The notes under the pieces were generated by a model. It saw nothing but the letters and a program-made list of their open reading frames with translations. It was not told the DNA's origin and made no database searches. From Octopus sinensis (taxonomy: Eukaryota): a stretch of 64,000 nucleotides of DNA. The number at the start of each line of letters is the position of its first letter. Position 1 is the stretch's first letter. Location: the NCBI RefSeq assembly GCF_006345805.1, contig NC_043006.1, positions 72,416,001-72,480,000 of the forward strand, given 5' to 3'. Of this stretch, positions 27,674 to 41,592 are shown piece by piece. The translations under genes were made by a program, and so were the position numbers.

Positions 27674-27789
27674 GCTATAGTAGTGTTGGGGTGTTCCATC
27701 TTGCTAGGAATAAAACTTCTCACCTACAAAGTCCTCTTAGATTGTTGCAAGTTCAAGTAAATAGAACCATTCACATACCATCAAAAAAA

Positions 27790-28330
27790 AAGAATTGTCC
27801 AATTAATCTTTTTGATGATATGATGCACCATACTGTACCTCCTGGTAAATTAATATGATGTTCCTCCATAATATGTGAATTCTCAAGCCCCCAGTAGCTG
27901 CACTGTCATAGTTAAATGAGCCTTTTAGTTTAAATGTAGCCTCATCATTCCAAACAATCTTTGCTGGAAAGCATACTTCTACAAATCTTTCCAAGTACCA
28001 CTTGCATAACTCCATTCTTCAATTTACACTGGGAGCATGGACTATTCTTGGAATGTAACTTTTCCAATGACAGTTGTTCAAAATGTGATGGATGAATGAT
28101 CTTGAATTTCCTATTTCACACCTCACTTTCTGCACAGATATTCTTGAACTCTGGTAACTCATTTCTAGTACACTTTCTTGCTTTTGGGGCTGGGGTGTCT
28201 CATTGATGTCATGGTCTTCCTGAACTTATCTGGTGGACATTCTGAACAGTTCCGTCTGTTTCAAAGCTGTCTCTAATTCAAGTGATAAGTTGCATAGGTG
28301 AATTTATTTGAAGCTGAACTGTCTTGGCTT
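27790..28330 (-). mobile_element. Decayed Tc1/mariner-superfamily transposase fragment
   Basis: [17 protein letters not shown] resembles the W(S)DEATFxLNGxVN first-aspartate motif. Confidence 0.6.
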
Positions 28331-29917
28331 TCAGCACATTTGGTAGAAGTCACAATGATGATGACGAGTCTGACTTAGCTCTACATGACAAGTACTTGAG
28401 ATGCATTCAGTTCATCAGATGTTTGGAGCAGAAAGAGAGTTTTGAGAAGATGGCTTCTATGTGTTGGCCCTTTATTGGCCTGCTCAGATCGCATGATATG
28501 AATGCTATCAAAGCAACACCAGCTATTATCAATATTCTTTTTAGAGAAGGCCCACATGTTCAGGCAAAATGTCAGCTGGATGTTGGCACCAGGCTCTGGT
28601 GTAGTGTTATCTAGTGAGATACCTTCCTTTTATTGGGTACCAAACGGGGTAAGGTAGGACACGGGCATGAGTCTGCTTTTTGATCAATTAAACTGGGACA
28701 ATTAAAGATGCTTTGCTCAGGGTTTACATAAAAACCACAGAACTAGAATTTGAATATGACTAATGTCTTGCTCCTGGATCTCTTAGCCTTTGTGTCAAGA
28801 CACATACACTGAACAGAAATAAAAATCAGTCACTATATTGTAACATTAATGTTGTTAATTGAACTTATAATTATACACAATAGTGATTTATTTTAAGGAG
28901 TTTTGTCTAGGAGAGAAACTCATTGAAATTTCTGCTTGATTATGATGAAACCTGCATTTGACATGTAGCAGTATTATTCAACCTCTTGGCCAGGTACCAC
29001 TGCCAACCAACAGCTAAAGGCTGTTCACAGTGAATAATGGTTATAAAAAATTTCATTTAGTTCTTGGTTTGAGAATGAGGTTTCTTTCTGGTAGCTGACA
29101 TTGTTATAGTTTCATTTGTCACATCAATACAATTTTTTTAAGACAAGATAACAGAGTTGTTTCCCTTTGATGAAGGTTGATGTATGATGTAAAGTGTAGG
29201 ATGAAAATGCTCAGTTAAAAATGAATGTTCTATATTATATGCATGTAAAAGAGTTCTTTGATCTGCAGATTCATTTCAGCATGTATATTTCGTTGATACA
29301 TCTTCGTGGATAATTACATCTACATCATTAGAGTGAATTGACATGACTGAAGAACAGAACATTACAGTAAGTCTTTTTCTGAATCAAAAATTAATCATCA
29401 TCATCAATATTTAACATCCATTTTTCGTGCTGGCATGGATTGGACAGCTTGACAGAAACTTGCAAGGCCAGGTTCCATAGTCTGTTTTGGCTTGGTTTCT
29501 ACGACTAGATGCCCTTCCTAACACCAACCACTCCACAATGTACTAGGTGCTTTTTACGTAGCACCATCACCTACACCAATGCTTTTTACATGGTACCTTG
29601 GTTTTAGGATCTCAGTTCTGTTGTGGTAGGTGGGTTGAGTAGAGCAATATAAAGGTGTTTCTTATTCACTACAAATAGACTTTGGCTGTTGGTTTGAGAA
29701 TGGTACCTGACCACATGAAATAATTTTATTTCATGTCAGAGTGTTAAAAATAAGTCCCAATTAATGAAAGGAAAAATAGAGATTTTTATGTACAGCTAAT
29801 TTTTTTTCATTACTGATATATCAATGAACAATTTCTGGTGATTTACTTCAAAAGCATGATGTGCTTGTTATGGACTATAGGTATTTTTTTTATAAGATAC
29901 CATCTTATCACTTTTTA

Positions 29918-29973
<56 letters not shown>

Positions 29974-29982
29974 ATATATATA

Positions 29983-31750
29983 CTAGCAATGCATCCCGGT
30001 GTTTCGTAGGTGTTATGACCTATAACCACATTGTATTATTTGTTTCTTTCTTATGGGCAGAATCGGCACACAAGGAGTGAGAAGCAAACAACTTTTCTTT
30101 ATAAACATGTTTTTTGGTCATTTTGTGATGAACAATGCTGAAATTGTTGAAACCAAAACCATGTAGAATGGCAGCTTAGATTAGAAGGAAATCCTAATAA
30201 TGCCCCCAGAATTACCTATACTTATGGATTTAAAGAATTGGATGACATATGAGGACATAGAGGTATCTGTATTGCAGAAAGTAAGGCGGCGAGCTGGCAG
30301 AAACGTTAGCACGCTGGGCAAAGTGCTTAACGGTATTTCGCCTGCTGTTACGTTCTGAGTTCAAATTCCACTGAGATCGACTTTGCTTTTCATCCTTTCG
30401 GGGTCAATAAATTAAGTACCAGTTACACACTGGGGTTGATGTAATCGACTTAATTCCTTTGTCTGTCCTTGTTTGTCCCCTCTATGTTTAGCCCCTTGTG
30501 GGCAATAAAGAAATAAGGAAGTAAGATCCATGGAAAGAAAGCTGCTTCATTGTGAAAAGCATCATCTCTAATGTTTGGGCAGACTGCACACTTCAATATA
30601 TATTAAGTGAAACCGACAATGCTTCCGGGTAAACTATATTTTGCATAAGCCTAGTATTGATAGAATAAATATACAAGTCATCTGCACTGCTAACTCGAGA
30701 GCATGCGATATATAGTTGTCCATGAGAAAAGCAGGGTATTTGTAAATTGAGACCCACAATTTTTAAAGTTTGACCCTGGGCTTTGTTGATTGTCATAGCG
30801 AAGCATAATTGCACTGGGAACTGGAAGCACTCGAATTGAAATGACACATTTGAGTGAATAAGGGGCATGCGTGGAATGTATGCGATCTCTCCTCGATGAC
30901 AGCCAGCAATAATGGTTGCTTGTAGGACATGACTTGTCATTGTAGTTACAGTCAACCTTGTACCATTGCATAGTTGTGGTAGGGTCGAAATTCCTCAAGG
31001 GCATGATAGGTGCACCTTTCTTTAGGAAAAACTAATGCGGTGGCAGTCCTGTAATTTGCAGAGAGTTGAAAAATTCAACTGGATAGTCAACAGTGGCATG
31101 CTTGTCGATGGTTGTATCAATGGAGACAAACGTTGAAACAACTGCAGGTAGAATGTGGAGGAGTTCATGGATTACTTTATCAACACTTTCATTCTGAGGT
31201 GCTAAAATAGCTCTCTCTGCGAACCATGCTATGTTTTTGAAGTTATCTTGCAATGTGGGAAATATCTTTTCTTTAAGCTCAGTCAATGTAGACACCATGT
31301 GCTCATATTGCAATGCATACTGTTGCAGGGTGTTAGTCAATGGTAAAGTGCCATTTCCAATTAGCAGAAGTTGATGAAAGAATTTCTCTGCTAAGAGGTC
31401 ATTGTAGAAATGAGCTCGCATATTATTGCTTAATGAAAGCTGATGAATAAATCTCCATAGAGGTGAAAACTTCAGACACACATAAATGTCATCAGCTCGT
31501 GTACCCTGTGGTATGATTGGTAACATTTGACAGAAATCCCCTGTGAGGACAACAGTTAAGCCCTTCATAATGGCAGTAATGTTTCTAATATCCCTTAGTA
31601 ACCTATCTTGGGCTTCTAGTATACTACAGTGTGCCATCATGCATTCATCCCAGACAATAAGTGTAGTTTAGAGCAGAATTTCTGCCATCGGTGATCATTT
31701 TCAAATATTACACATTTTCAAGTTTTCTTGAGTTTGAATAGGGGCAATTT
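29983..31750 (-). mobile_element. Helitron 3' part with decayed PIF1-like helicase
   Basis: ORF pieces show VVLTGDFCQMLPII, RAILAPQN, FPVQLCFAMTINKAQGQTL, FSHGQLYIACSRV and NIVYPEAL. The minus-strand 3' terminus CTAG lies at 29986-29983 after a degenerate hairpin. A SINE is inserted at 30285-30516. Confidence 0.88.
30285..30516 (+). mobile_element. tRNA-derived SINE family B, nested in a Helitron
   Basis: GGCGGCGAGCTGGCAGAAACGTTAGC...GAGTTCAAATTCC (B box)...TTTCATCCTTTCGGGGTC...AGTACCAG core, with an A-rich tail. Confidence 0.85.
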
Positions 31751-34624
31751 TCTTTGTGGTCCTTGTTTGTGGAGATAAATGAGTATGTCTTCATTTTGGT
31801 GGCATGGCTGAAAAGAGCGAATGATTACGGAACATATAAGATGGAAGACAGCAATTTGAAGTTGCAGTCAGAACACTTTCTGTGACCCTTCCTGCTAGTC
31901 ATATCTTTGTAGTCTCCATTGCAGCTATCCATGCCACATTTTACAGCCTTTACCATATAAACAGAGCATTGAGCAAGTCATGATATTGATATTTTGTTAC
32001 TTGGCACAATGTTCAGATGGCTTCCAGTCCTTCATCCTCCATGTCAGCTAATTTTTTCTCAATTACAGTTTTAGTCTTTATGCTTTCCAATGCAGCTGAC
32101 TGTCCAGCAATGTATCAAGCTGTTCGTGAAAAATGAAATCAAAAAAAGATCATCAAATTTAGCCTGAACAACCTGCATGTTTGTATCTTCTTGTCTTGAC
32201 ATCACATGCTTGTTGTCACATGATTCTCACTCTCATACAAGCAATGTCATTCATTTCATCCAACCTATGCAAGCATGGAAAAGTGAGCATTAAAATAATA
32301 ATAATAATAATGATGATGGTGGTGGTGGTGGTGGTGGTGGTGATAGTGGTGATGGTGATTATTATTATTATTACTATTATTAACCTTTAACCTCTGTTAA
32401 ACTCTTCATAGAAATATTTGAAGCCAGTGAACCTCAGAATGATAAATGAAATCACCATATTCCACTTTAAAATCTTTCACTGTTTAAATCCTCTTTTGTG
32501 CAATATTACAATTCATATTGTTAGCATCACATTCTTGTTGACAGGATTTTGATGGTGAATATGATAAAGATATGCTATTAGAATGAGAAAGTATTAGAAT
32601 CTAATTGATGATTTTATAGTTATTTCTTAATCTAGGCAACAAATCCTTTTTCAGTTCCTACAATATATAACAACACTAAATTATCTTTTGAAATCAACTA
32701 TTGCTGATTTACCCTTAGTAATAAGATGTTCACTTCTAGTTGCCTCCTGAATCAATTTCAAAACAAATATTTTTGCATTATGAAATTGGACATTATCTCA
32801 TGCACAAATATAACTGAGCTGTAATTGCTGTGTCTGTTATTTCATTTACATCTATCAAATAAAACACAAATTATGATACTGCTTGTTTCAAGGATATTTG
32901 AACACCAATAGGCATTTATTTTAAACTGCAGCAAGACTCAAAACCGAATTGTCAAATTGCTATGTCAAAATCATGGTATAGCAAGTTTGCTCATGTAAGC
33001 AGCCTAGTAATGGATCAATCAGCAGCCAGACATCATGTGATAGATCATTCTAGAAGCCCCTAAACATTTCCTTACAAGAGTTATGAATAGGTATATACTG
33101 AGCACCAAATTTGCAGAGTGTCAAAGATGTCCAAGCAAAATGTTGTCTCCACTCTTTCTAAGTTTATTTGCACAGAGACTGACCAATTCCTTCACTTGTT
33201 GCTTTTAAAAGTCATTCTAATGGCTATTTACTCAACCTTGTAGACAGTAGTCATAGTTTGCTCTCATGAACCCAACATGGTATATTTTCTCTTGTCTTGG
33301 CAGCTTATTTACAGAGCCTTCTAACTCAACTATTTGTAAAAGCTTTCCAGTGTGTTGACTTTATTGTTGCAATTCGTGACCAATTCATAACCAACAGGAG
33401 AATTTATTTGTGCAGTAAATTAAAAGTTACTATCAATTGTTCATGAGGTACTGTTACACCATTTACACACAGCTACACACAACCATCTTTGCAACAAAAG
33501 CATCAGAGACTAACCTCAAACAATTTGTGCTGCCTCAACTCTTTAACAAACTCACTTTTGATGTATGGTTTCATTTTCTTTGTAAGCGGCATTGCAGGTT
33601 GTACTTTCAATAAATTGCGATTGAATCTTTCCATTTACTTCTCTGAAAAAATAATTATATGTCCAGTTTTTATCAATCAAAGAACCTTCTTTCACAACTC
33701 TTCTTTTAATTGTACTAATCACTTTAAAAGTGGGTAACTTTTATGTACTAATCTCTGTTAATGGAAAATCTTTAATAAAAATAAGGATGTATGTTAAATT
33801 TGACTGAAATTTCTTCCATGTGCCTATATAATTGAATACAGCATAAATTTATAATAATATGTAATTTTGAAAAGTTTACTTGTTATTTTCCAAGGATAAC
33901 ACATTTTCTATTTATTCTACAACTTACTTTGTCTGATGAATTTCACTATTGTTTCTACAAATGAAGCATTTCAAGGAGACAATTGTAAATCTGATGTAGC
34001 ACCAGAATCATTTTGTAAAACTTTCATGTATTCTAGGGTACTTGACCTGTCCACAAAGCATTGTTCCACTATTAACAATCCAACTGAAATTGAAGTGACT
34101 GCTGCAATAAAGAATAAAAAAGAATCAAAATATATCTGAATCATAAAATGTCCTAAATCTTGATAATTGTTCAGCAAAAGTTTTATCAAAGGTTTCCCAG
34201 GATGTTAATAATAAAATTATCTTCCCTTGGTCCTTATCAAACCCTAAATCTGAAGAAGTATATTTCTGGTGGTATAATCCCTTATTTGAGTCAAACAATG
34301 AGCATCTTCCTTGTTCCATGGTTAGAAAGATTAAACTAAACACGTTTCAACATTATACAAACAATATTGTATTACCAAGCTATTTTGATGTTCACCTCCA
34401 CAAATAGTAGCAACATATTCTTTTAGACTTAACTTCATATTAATTGATTTCTACTTCGAACATAAGAAAATAATGATCTGTTTAGCAAGAGCATAATAGA
34501 TGAATTAAGTAAATATTTTGGCATGAAATCTATATCAAAATAATAAATTTGTATTTCAATTAGTTTCATCTTCATTATTTTAAAATATACTGTTATATGC
34601 TAAACATCCTCTTTACCAGTTCAC

Positions 34625-34655
<31 letters not shown>

Positions 34656-35976
34656 AATCATTGTATACAGTGCTCAGGTGCACCACAACTTGTCAGAAAG
34701 TGCACATAAAGTACATGCAGTAATGTAAAAATGTCTGGAAAATGAACAGTGTATGAGTCAGATACATGCTTGTGTGTGTATGGAGGGGAGAAAATCAAGT
34801 GTAGTGTTGGCGAATCTCAGGAAGCATGGAAGTTTTGAAGGACACAACTGAAATAATCTCAGGGTAAGATGCCTATAGCTTCTAAAAAGTTAAACATTTT
34901 TCATGATCATATCACAAAATAAGAGCCATGACTGAGACACATCAAGAGGCAATTATTTACAAGAATCTTGACTTTTCAGTAATTCAATCTAAACGTCCTC
35001 ATTTCAATAATATCCTTATGTGAGGGAATGCTTTTTTTTATGTAAAGGAATATTTAAATATTGTGTTCTGTCATTCTGAAATATCACTTCCCTAAACAAC
35101 ATAAATCTGTTTAGTTCAGAGGATCATTAAATATCCTTGACTTACCTTACGATGGGAGACTCTTACTCATTTTTTCTTCACTTTACAAATTATTTAACAC
35201 TTTGCATGATACTAAATTAACTAAGTAATCAATTGATGAAACTGCTAAAAATATAACTTCATTAATTAGCCAAACCAAAAAAATAAAAAGAAAGAAATTG
35301 CTTAGAAAATTTCCTCAAATATTATAATCTTAATTTGGCATTTGATTAGATGAAAAAAATATGAATATTTCACTGAAGCAAGAGAGCTGTTTATTTCAGT
35401 TTGTTTCATAGAGCATCAACATCTCATCTTTTAATAAATCATACAAAATTGTATATAAACTGTAAATGAAAACAAGAGAAAAAAAATGTAGTTACATATC
35501 TATAGAATAATCAGTTGTATATTGTCAATAAGATGTTTGCATTGGAACAGGAGATTTTTACAAGGTAAGAAATGAAAAACTGCTGCATATAAACATTGCC
35601 TATATATAATAGCACTTACATGCACCTTTGTGCTGTTGACGTAAAGAACAGTCATAAACTGACTATACTTTTTAGGTATTGAACCTGTGGTGTTATAGGG
35701 AAGGATTGAAAGTGAGGGAGTAGGCATGTCCTGTCGGAAGTGGGGTCTGTGGATCTCACCAGAAGTGCTGCGGTGGACATGCGGCATTTAGTGAAGCACG
35801 AGGGTCAGTTGGCGACGAACAGCACATCAGAGCAGACGTGTGAGATTGTACAGCGACGCGACATATAGCACACATGGATGTAGAGTGAACCTTGGAGATT
35901 GGGATAGCACGTGGATGTTGAAAGTGACCCTTTTTCTGGACTGACAGGTAAGACTACCATAATTCTCTCTTCACTT

Positions 35977-36092
35977 TACATCACAGAACCATATGGTCAT
36001 CACCTACATCACAGAACCATATGATCATCCTTTACATCACAGAACCATATGATCATCCTTTACATCACAGAACCATATGACCATCACCTACA
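35977..36092 (+). repeat. 28-bp minisatellite, 4 copies
   Basis: TACATCACAGAACCATATGATCATCCTT repeated directly with no spacers. Confidence 0.9.
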
Positions 36093-37029
36093 AATATAAT
36101 CTGAATTAAAGAACAGTAAACATTCCAAAATTTTTTATATAGAGAGACTCAAACAAATATGTCTCTACAGCTGGGAAAGTCTTAAGATCATAGAACCATA
36201 TCACATTGTGAAATGATAAACAATTACAATAATCATTACTCCAGTTATACAAATGGCCTCTTGCCTACTTTGGGAGTTCAGATGAATTCCAGGTTATTGT
36301 AGAGTCAAAATGCAACAATAATTTTCTGTTAGATATATATGTTTTTATCTTCTTTTATCTTTTACTTGTTTCAGTCATTGCATTGCAGCCATGCTGGTTG
36401 TCAAACAGTGGTGGGAGACAAACAAATATATGGAGAGCAACAGTATAATAAACTTGTAGATAGATAAAAAAAAAATGAGGAAAGCTTGTAGACAGATCAA
36501 AAAATTGGGAGATGATACAAAAGGTGAGACAGGGAAAGAGTCAGAGGTACATAGAGGTAAACAAAAGCAGTGGCCTTGATGGTAGATGTGAGGGGTGATG
36601 AGAATAATAGCAGAGGGCGTTAAAGATGACGTATGATATGAGGGGGCAAAAGCTGCAGAATGGACCCAAATGATTGGGTGCAATGTGGCAATAGCCACAA
36701 TTTAGTTTTTGATAGACCATGATGGGCACATGCTATTCAAGCCCATGCAGATGCGTATGGCATTTCAGCAACACTTCACTTGCTCAACTGTTTGGGATGA
36801 ATGACAGACTGGAATACTGGATGGATTTCAGTGCCTTCCTTGATGGTCTGCTGAGTCTCTCAGCAAGGTAGGTGGAGTGTTGCAAAGAGACAATAACAGC
36901 TGCAAAAATATAATATAATGAAATTATTGTATACAGTGTTCAGGTGCACCACAACTTGTCAAAAGTGTGTATAAAGCATATGCAGTAATGTACAAATGTA
37001 CAAATACGGGAAGTAATGACTGTTTTCAT

Positions 37030-37255
37030 GGCAGCAAATCACCTGGTTTGCATAGTTTGCTATATGTGCTCTACTTTTAAATGCCAAACTTGTTTGGAAA
37101 CCTCTTGACAGATATCAACCACAACTGATAGCTGAGCAGAACCATTCCAAGTTTAGTGAGTTGCTGAGAAATGACCCAAACAAAGAGGATCAAATACGAT
37201 AATTTTAGGCCTGTAACTCTGCTAAATGCAGATTTTAAAGTGTTAGCAAATAAAG
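37030..37255 (+). mobile_element. L1/Tx1-like LINE RT fragment
   Basis: Remnant YDNFRPVTLLNADFKVLAN. Confidence 0.65.
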
Positions 37256-37552
37256 ATGGGACTGAAACCAACTGCCTTGAGAATAGCCACCAAGTATTGG
37301 TGGTCAACCCTATCAAAGACTTTTGAGTGATCCCAATTGATCAGGTCCCAACCCATGCCAGGTTCTTTACTCACCCTCTCTATGATGCATCACATAAGGT
37401 GGAGGTTGTTGTGGATAGATCTGTTTGGGATGTTGCATGCTTATGTATCACCAATCAGACCATCCACAAGTGCCAACCTCGTTGCTAGCACCTTGGCCAA
37501 AATTTTGAAGAGCTTAATATAAGGAATTCATGATTCCAACAGCAAGACTTGT

Positions 37553-37810
37553 GAAGGTGTGTGGCTTAGTGGCTAGGGTGTTCGACACATGATCATAAGA
37601 TCGTAGTTTCACTTCCTGGACTGGGCAATGCACTGTGTTCTTGAGCAAAACACTTCATTTCATGTTGCTCCAGTCTACTCAGAGAGCAAAAGTGAGTAAT
37701 CCTGTAATGGACTGGCGTCCCATCCAGTGGGGAATATACATGCCATGGAAACCAGGAAACGAGTTCTATGGGTCTATATGACTCAGGAAGGATTGTTATC
37801 GTATTTATTT
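37553..37810 (+). mobile_element. tRNA-derived SINE (distinct family) with target-site duplication
   Basis: A-box GTGGCTTAGTGG. It is flanked by AACAGCAAGACTTGT (37538) and AACAACAAGACTTGT (37811). A related decayed copy lies at about 2040-2200. Confidence 0.75.
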
Positions 37811-38169
37811 AACAACAAGACTTGTATTTCCGAGTTTTTGTTTACTTAGATTTATAATCTGCATGTAATCTATGTCAAGGCGAAAATAGGTTTTGATTTA
37901 TTTGTGTTCTGATAAGTTATGCTTACCAAATAAAAATATTCATATTTAATCATACTCAGCAGTACAATTGTTTATGTAGTTCAGGTTAATGCTTTCTAAT
38001 AAGTGGACTGTTTCAGTTAATTTTAAATTCTAACAGTAAAATTCAGTGTTGTGTTTTGAAGAGTGTGTTTCTCATGAATGCGGTGTCTTCTTTTGAGACA
38101 CAACATTCATTTGAAATAAACTCTTAACTACTTTTCCAAATAAATCTGTTCAAAGCATTTAGCTGAAAA

Positions 38170-38211
<42 letters not shown>

Positions 38212-38482
38212 GAGGAAAGCATCACTGAAATAAACAAATAAATAAAACTACTGACCAGGGATGTATTTCATCCTGAAAAATAGCAAACCAACTGACCACA
38301 TGAACTACCCACCCATGTATATACATTTCTTTACAAAAATACAAAATACCTTACACACACACACACACATAGGCCTTAGAAATATGCACATCCTTTTTTT
38401 TAAATAAACACCTTCAGAACAGGCAACTGAAATACTACACACATACATACACAGACGTGAAACTAAATAAAAAAATAGATAG

Positions 38483-38488
38483 AATAAC

Positions 38489-38550
<62 letters not shown>

Positions 38551-38613
38551 TAATAATAATAATGATAATAATAATAATAATGATAATAATAATGATAATA
38601 ATAATAATAATAA
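38483..38613 (+). repeat. (ATA/ATG)n trinucleotide microsatellite (tail of a minus-strand SINE B)
   Basis: Seen directly; it is the source of the poly-Ile ORFs. Confidence 0.95.
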
Positions 38614-39510
38614 TCCTCTCTCCTATAGGCACAAGGCCTGAAATTTACATCGATCCGAGTATTTCACTGGTACTTAATTCATCGACCTTGAAAGGATGAA
38701 AGGCAAAGTCGACCTCAGAGGAATTTGAACTTAGAACTGTAAAGACAGACGAAATGCCAGTACGCATTTTTGCCTGACATGCTAATGATTCTGCCAGCTT
38801 ACCACCTTAAATAATGATGAACGTAGTTGTGGCTGATGCCAATACTGCCTGACTGAGTACCATTCAAGCGTGGGTTGATGCCAGTGCTACCTGATTGGCT
38901 CCCCATGCCAGTGGCATGTAAAAAGCACCATCTGAATGTGGTCAATGCCGGTGCCCCTCTGACTGGCTCCCGTGCTGGTGGCACATAAAAGGAACCATCC
39001 GAACTTGGTCGATGCCATTGCCACTCGACTGGCTCTCATGCCGGTGGTACATAAAAAGCACCCACTACACTCTTGGAGTGGTTGGTATCAGGAAGGGTAT
39101 CCACCTGTAGAAACCTTGCCAGATCAGATTGGAGCCTGGTGCAGCCTCCTGGCTTGCCAGTCCTCAGTTAAACTATCTAACTCATACCAGCCTGGAAAAC
39201 AGATGTTAAACAATAATGAATAATAATAATAATAATAATAATAACAACAACAACAATACAAATAAACTATTACGTCTACCGACTTACCATAAACAAAGTA
39301 ATAAGATCCTTCGCCTACAATTTCATGAAATTAAACATTACACCATAAATACAACACACAACCAATGCAACAACTCAAGTAGCAGGCCACCCACATATGT
39401 CAATGGATATGTATCTACACCACCAACACTAAATTATGTTAGTGTTATCTGATGATTGTACTAATGTGGAACTTGAGCACTCCTTTCTCAAGTCATAAAA
39501 TATTAATAAC

Positions 39511-39547
<37 letters not shown>

Positions 39548-41365
39548 AACATATATGTATATATATAGACATATGTGTGTGTGTGTGTGTGTGTGAGTGA
39601 GAGGGAGAGAGAGAGAGAGAGAAGAGCACAGGTTTGAAATGTTAAGAATTTCCTCCAATTTTCTTAACCATGAAGCCAACGCACACTATGTTATTTCCTC
39701 ACCGCAACTTTGTTTCTTTTAATTTTTGGACCATATTACATAAACACACACTCTATAGTTAGTTAGAGAGGTGGAGGTGGAGTGAGAGAGAGAGGGAGTA
39801 GTGAAGAAAGAGGAGAAAAAGAAATTGAGAAAGGTGATTAATATTAATTACACTTAGGCCAAATAGTCATGTGGTCAGCTGAAGGTAGAGGCAAAGAACA
39901 CGAGAAAAAGAGGGAGAGAGATGTGTTAGCAATGTGCAGTGGGGAAGGAATACTTATTATGTGGTTAAAATGTTAGCCAAAGGGAGGGAAAGGTAGATAG
40001 AGAGAGATGGACAAGGGAGGCAGTTATATTGAGAGATGTGGGAAGATGGTGGTGGTGTGTTGGTAGTGAAAAGCATTTTTTCTTGAACTAATTTTTTTTA
40101 TAGCGACCATTGCTTAAAGCATGCACATAGGTGCAATTATTCATCATCTGCTCACTTAAAAAATTGATATTTGTTTCATCATCATCATCATCATCGTTTA
40201 ATGCCTGCCTTCCATACTAGCATAGGTCGGACGATTTGACTGAGGTCTGGCGAACCAGATGGCTGCACCAGGCTCCAATCTGATCTGGCAGAGTTTCTAC
40301 AGCTGGATGCCCTTCCTAATGCCAACCACTCCGAGAGTGTAGTGGGTGCTTTGATGTGCCACTGGCATGAGGGCCAGTCAGATAAGGGTTAATTTAGTCT
40401 AAACTCTGGATTCACAAGAAACACAGTTGCAAGCTACCTGAGAAAGGATGCATAGATATAGAGTGCAGATCAGCGAGGAACAGTGCGAAAATATAATAAA
40501 AAGAGGTAAAAGACAATACCAATGAAGACATGAGGAAATGAATGTAGACAAACATCAAGATTAATGAAAGAAAGCCAAACTATGAATGATTGAAAATGCA
40601 AATCATTCTTTCTTTCTTAAATAGGTTTTCTTAATTTAATTCATTCTGTGGAATTTCCACGAGTCCCACTAATACATATATAAATAGTGTAACTAGATAA
40701 AGGTTAGTTAATTAGGAAAAATCTGTGTAGTTGCTTGATCTAGTGGAAAAGGTAGCCAAATTTTTTCTGAAACCACACCCTACACTCGTTAAAAAGCACA
40801 CATCGGATAACGTGAATCCAGGTATATGTTGTCAATAAAAAGATGGAATGGTTGCAACTGGAATGTCTTTTAACCAGAGGTCTACTTGTTCATCATCAAT
40901 TTTAACACTGTACACTAAACTATCACACTCATATACAGAGTGCTTTATGAGCCGACAAAGGAGTCTCAAAGTAGTCACTCGATTTTCTAGAAACAGTAAC
41001 TAAATCAAATCTCCTTCAAATCTTATTCATCATCATCATCATAATTTGCCGTCTGTTTTCTATACTGGCATGGGTTGGACGGTTTGGCAGGAACTGGCAA
41101 GTGGGAGAGCTGCACCAAATTCCATTTGTCCATTTTGGCATGGTTTCTATGGCTGGATGCCCTTCCTAATACTAGCCATCTTACAGAGTGTACAGGGTAT
41201 ATTTTTACGTAGCACCAGCACAGGTGCTTTTTAGGTAGCAATAGCACCAGCAGGGTTACGAAGTAGCTTGCAAGATAAGGAACTCTTAGTTGAGAAAGGG
41301 GATGGGACTGAGGGATATGGATGTGTGCAAGGCAAGAGGTTAGAGTGTAACAAAAAGATAGGGAT

Positions 41366-41592
41366 AAGGCGGTGAGCTGACAGAAACATTAGCACGCCGG
41401 GCGAAATGCTTAGCGGTATTTCATCTGCTGTTACGTTCTGAGTTCAAATTCCGCCGAGGTCAACTTTGCCTTTCATCCTTTCAGGGTCGATAAATTAAGT
41501 ACCATTTACGTACTGGGGTTGATGTAATTGACTTAATCTCTTTGTCTGTCCTTGTTTGTCCCCTCTATGTTTACCCCTTGGGGACAATAAAA
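41366..41592 (+). mobile_element. SINE family B (other copies at about 15445-15657, 38613-38807, 52230-52365, 53605-53762)
   Basis: Same consensus. Confidence 0.85.

Noticed and set aside
5780-31750. One giant Helitron capturing the Bcl-2 exon
   Set aside because: The Rep and helicase pieces are in the wrong order on the minus strand, and the helicase piece has its own CTAG end at 29983.
33971-34144. DHHC palmitoyltransferase remnant (TM followed by STLE, like TTxE)
   Set aside because: The resemblance is loose and there is no DHHC cysteine-rich domain in any nearby frame.
35977-36092. CRISPR-like 28-bp repeats
   Set aside because: The repeats are contiguous with no spacers, the context is eukaryotic, and there are no cas genes.
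38435-38699. Poly-Ile ORFs
   Set aside because: They are translations of an (ATA)n microsatellite.
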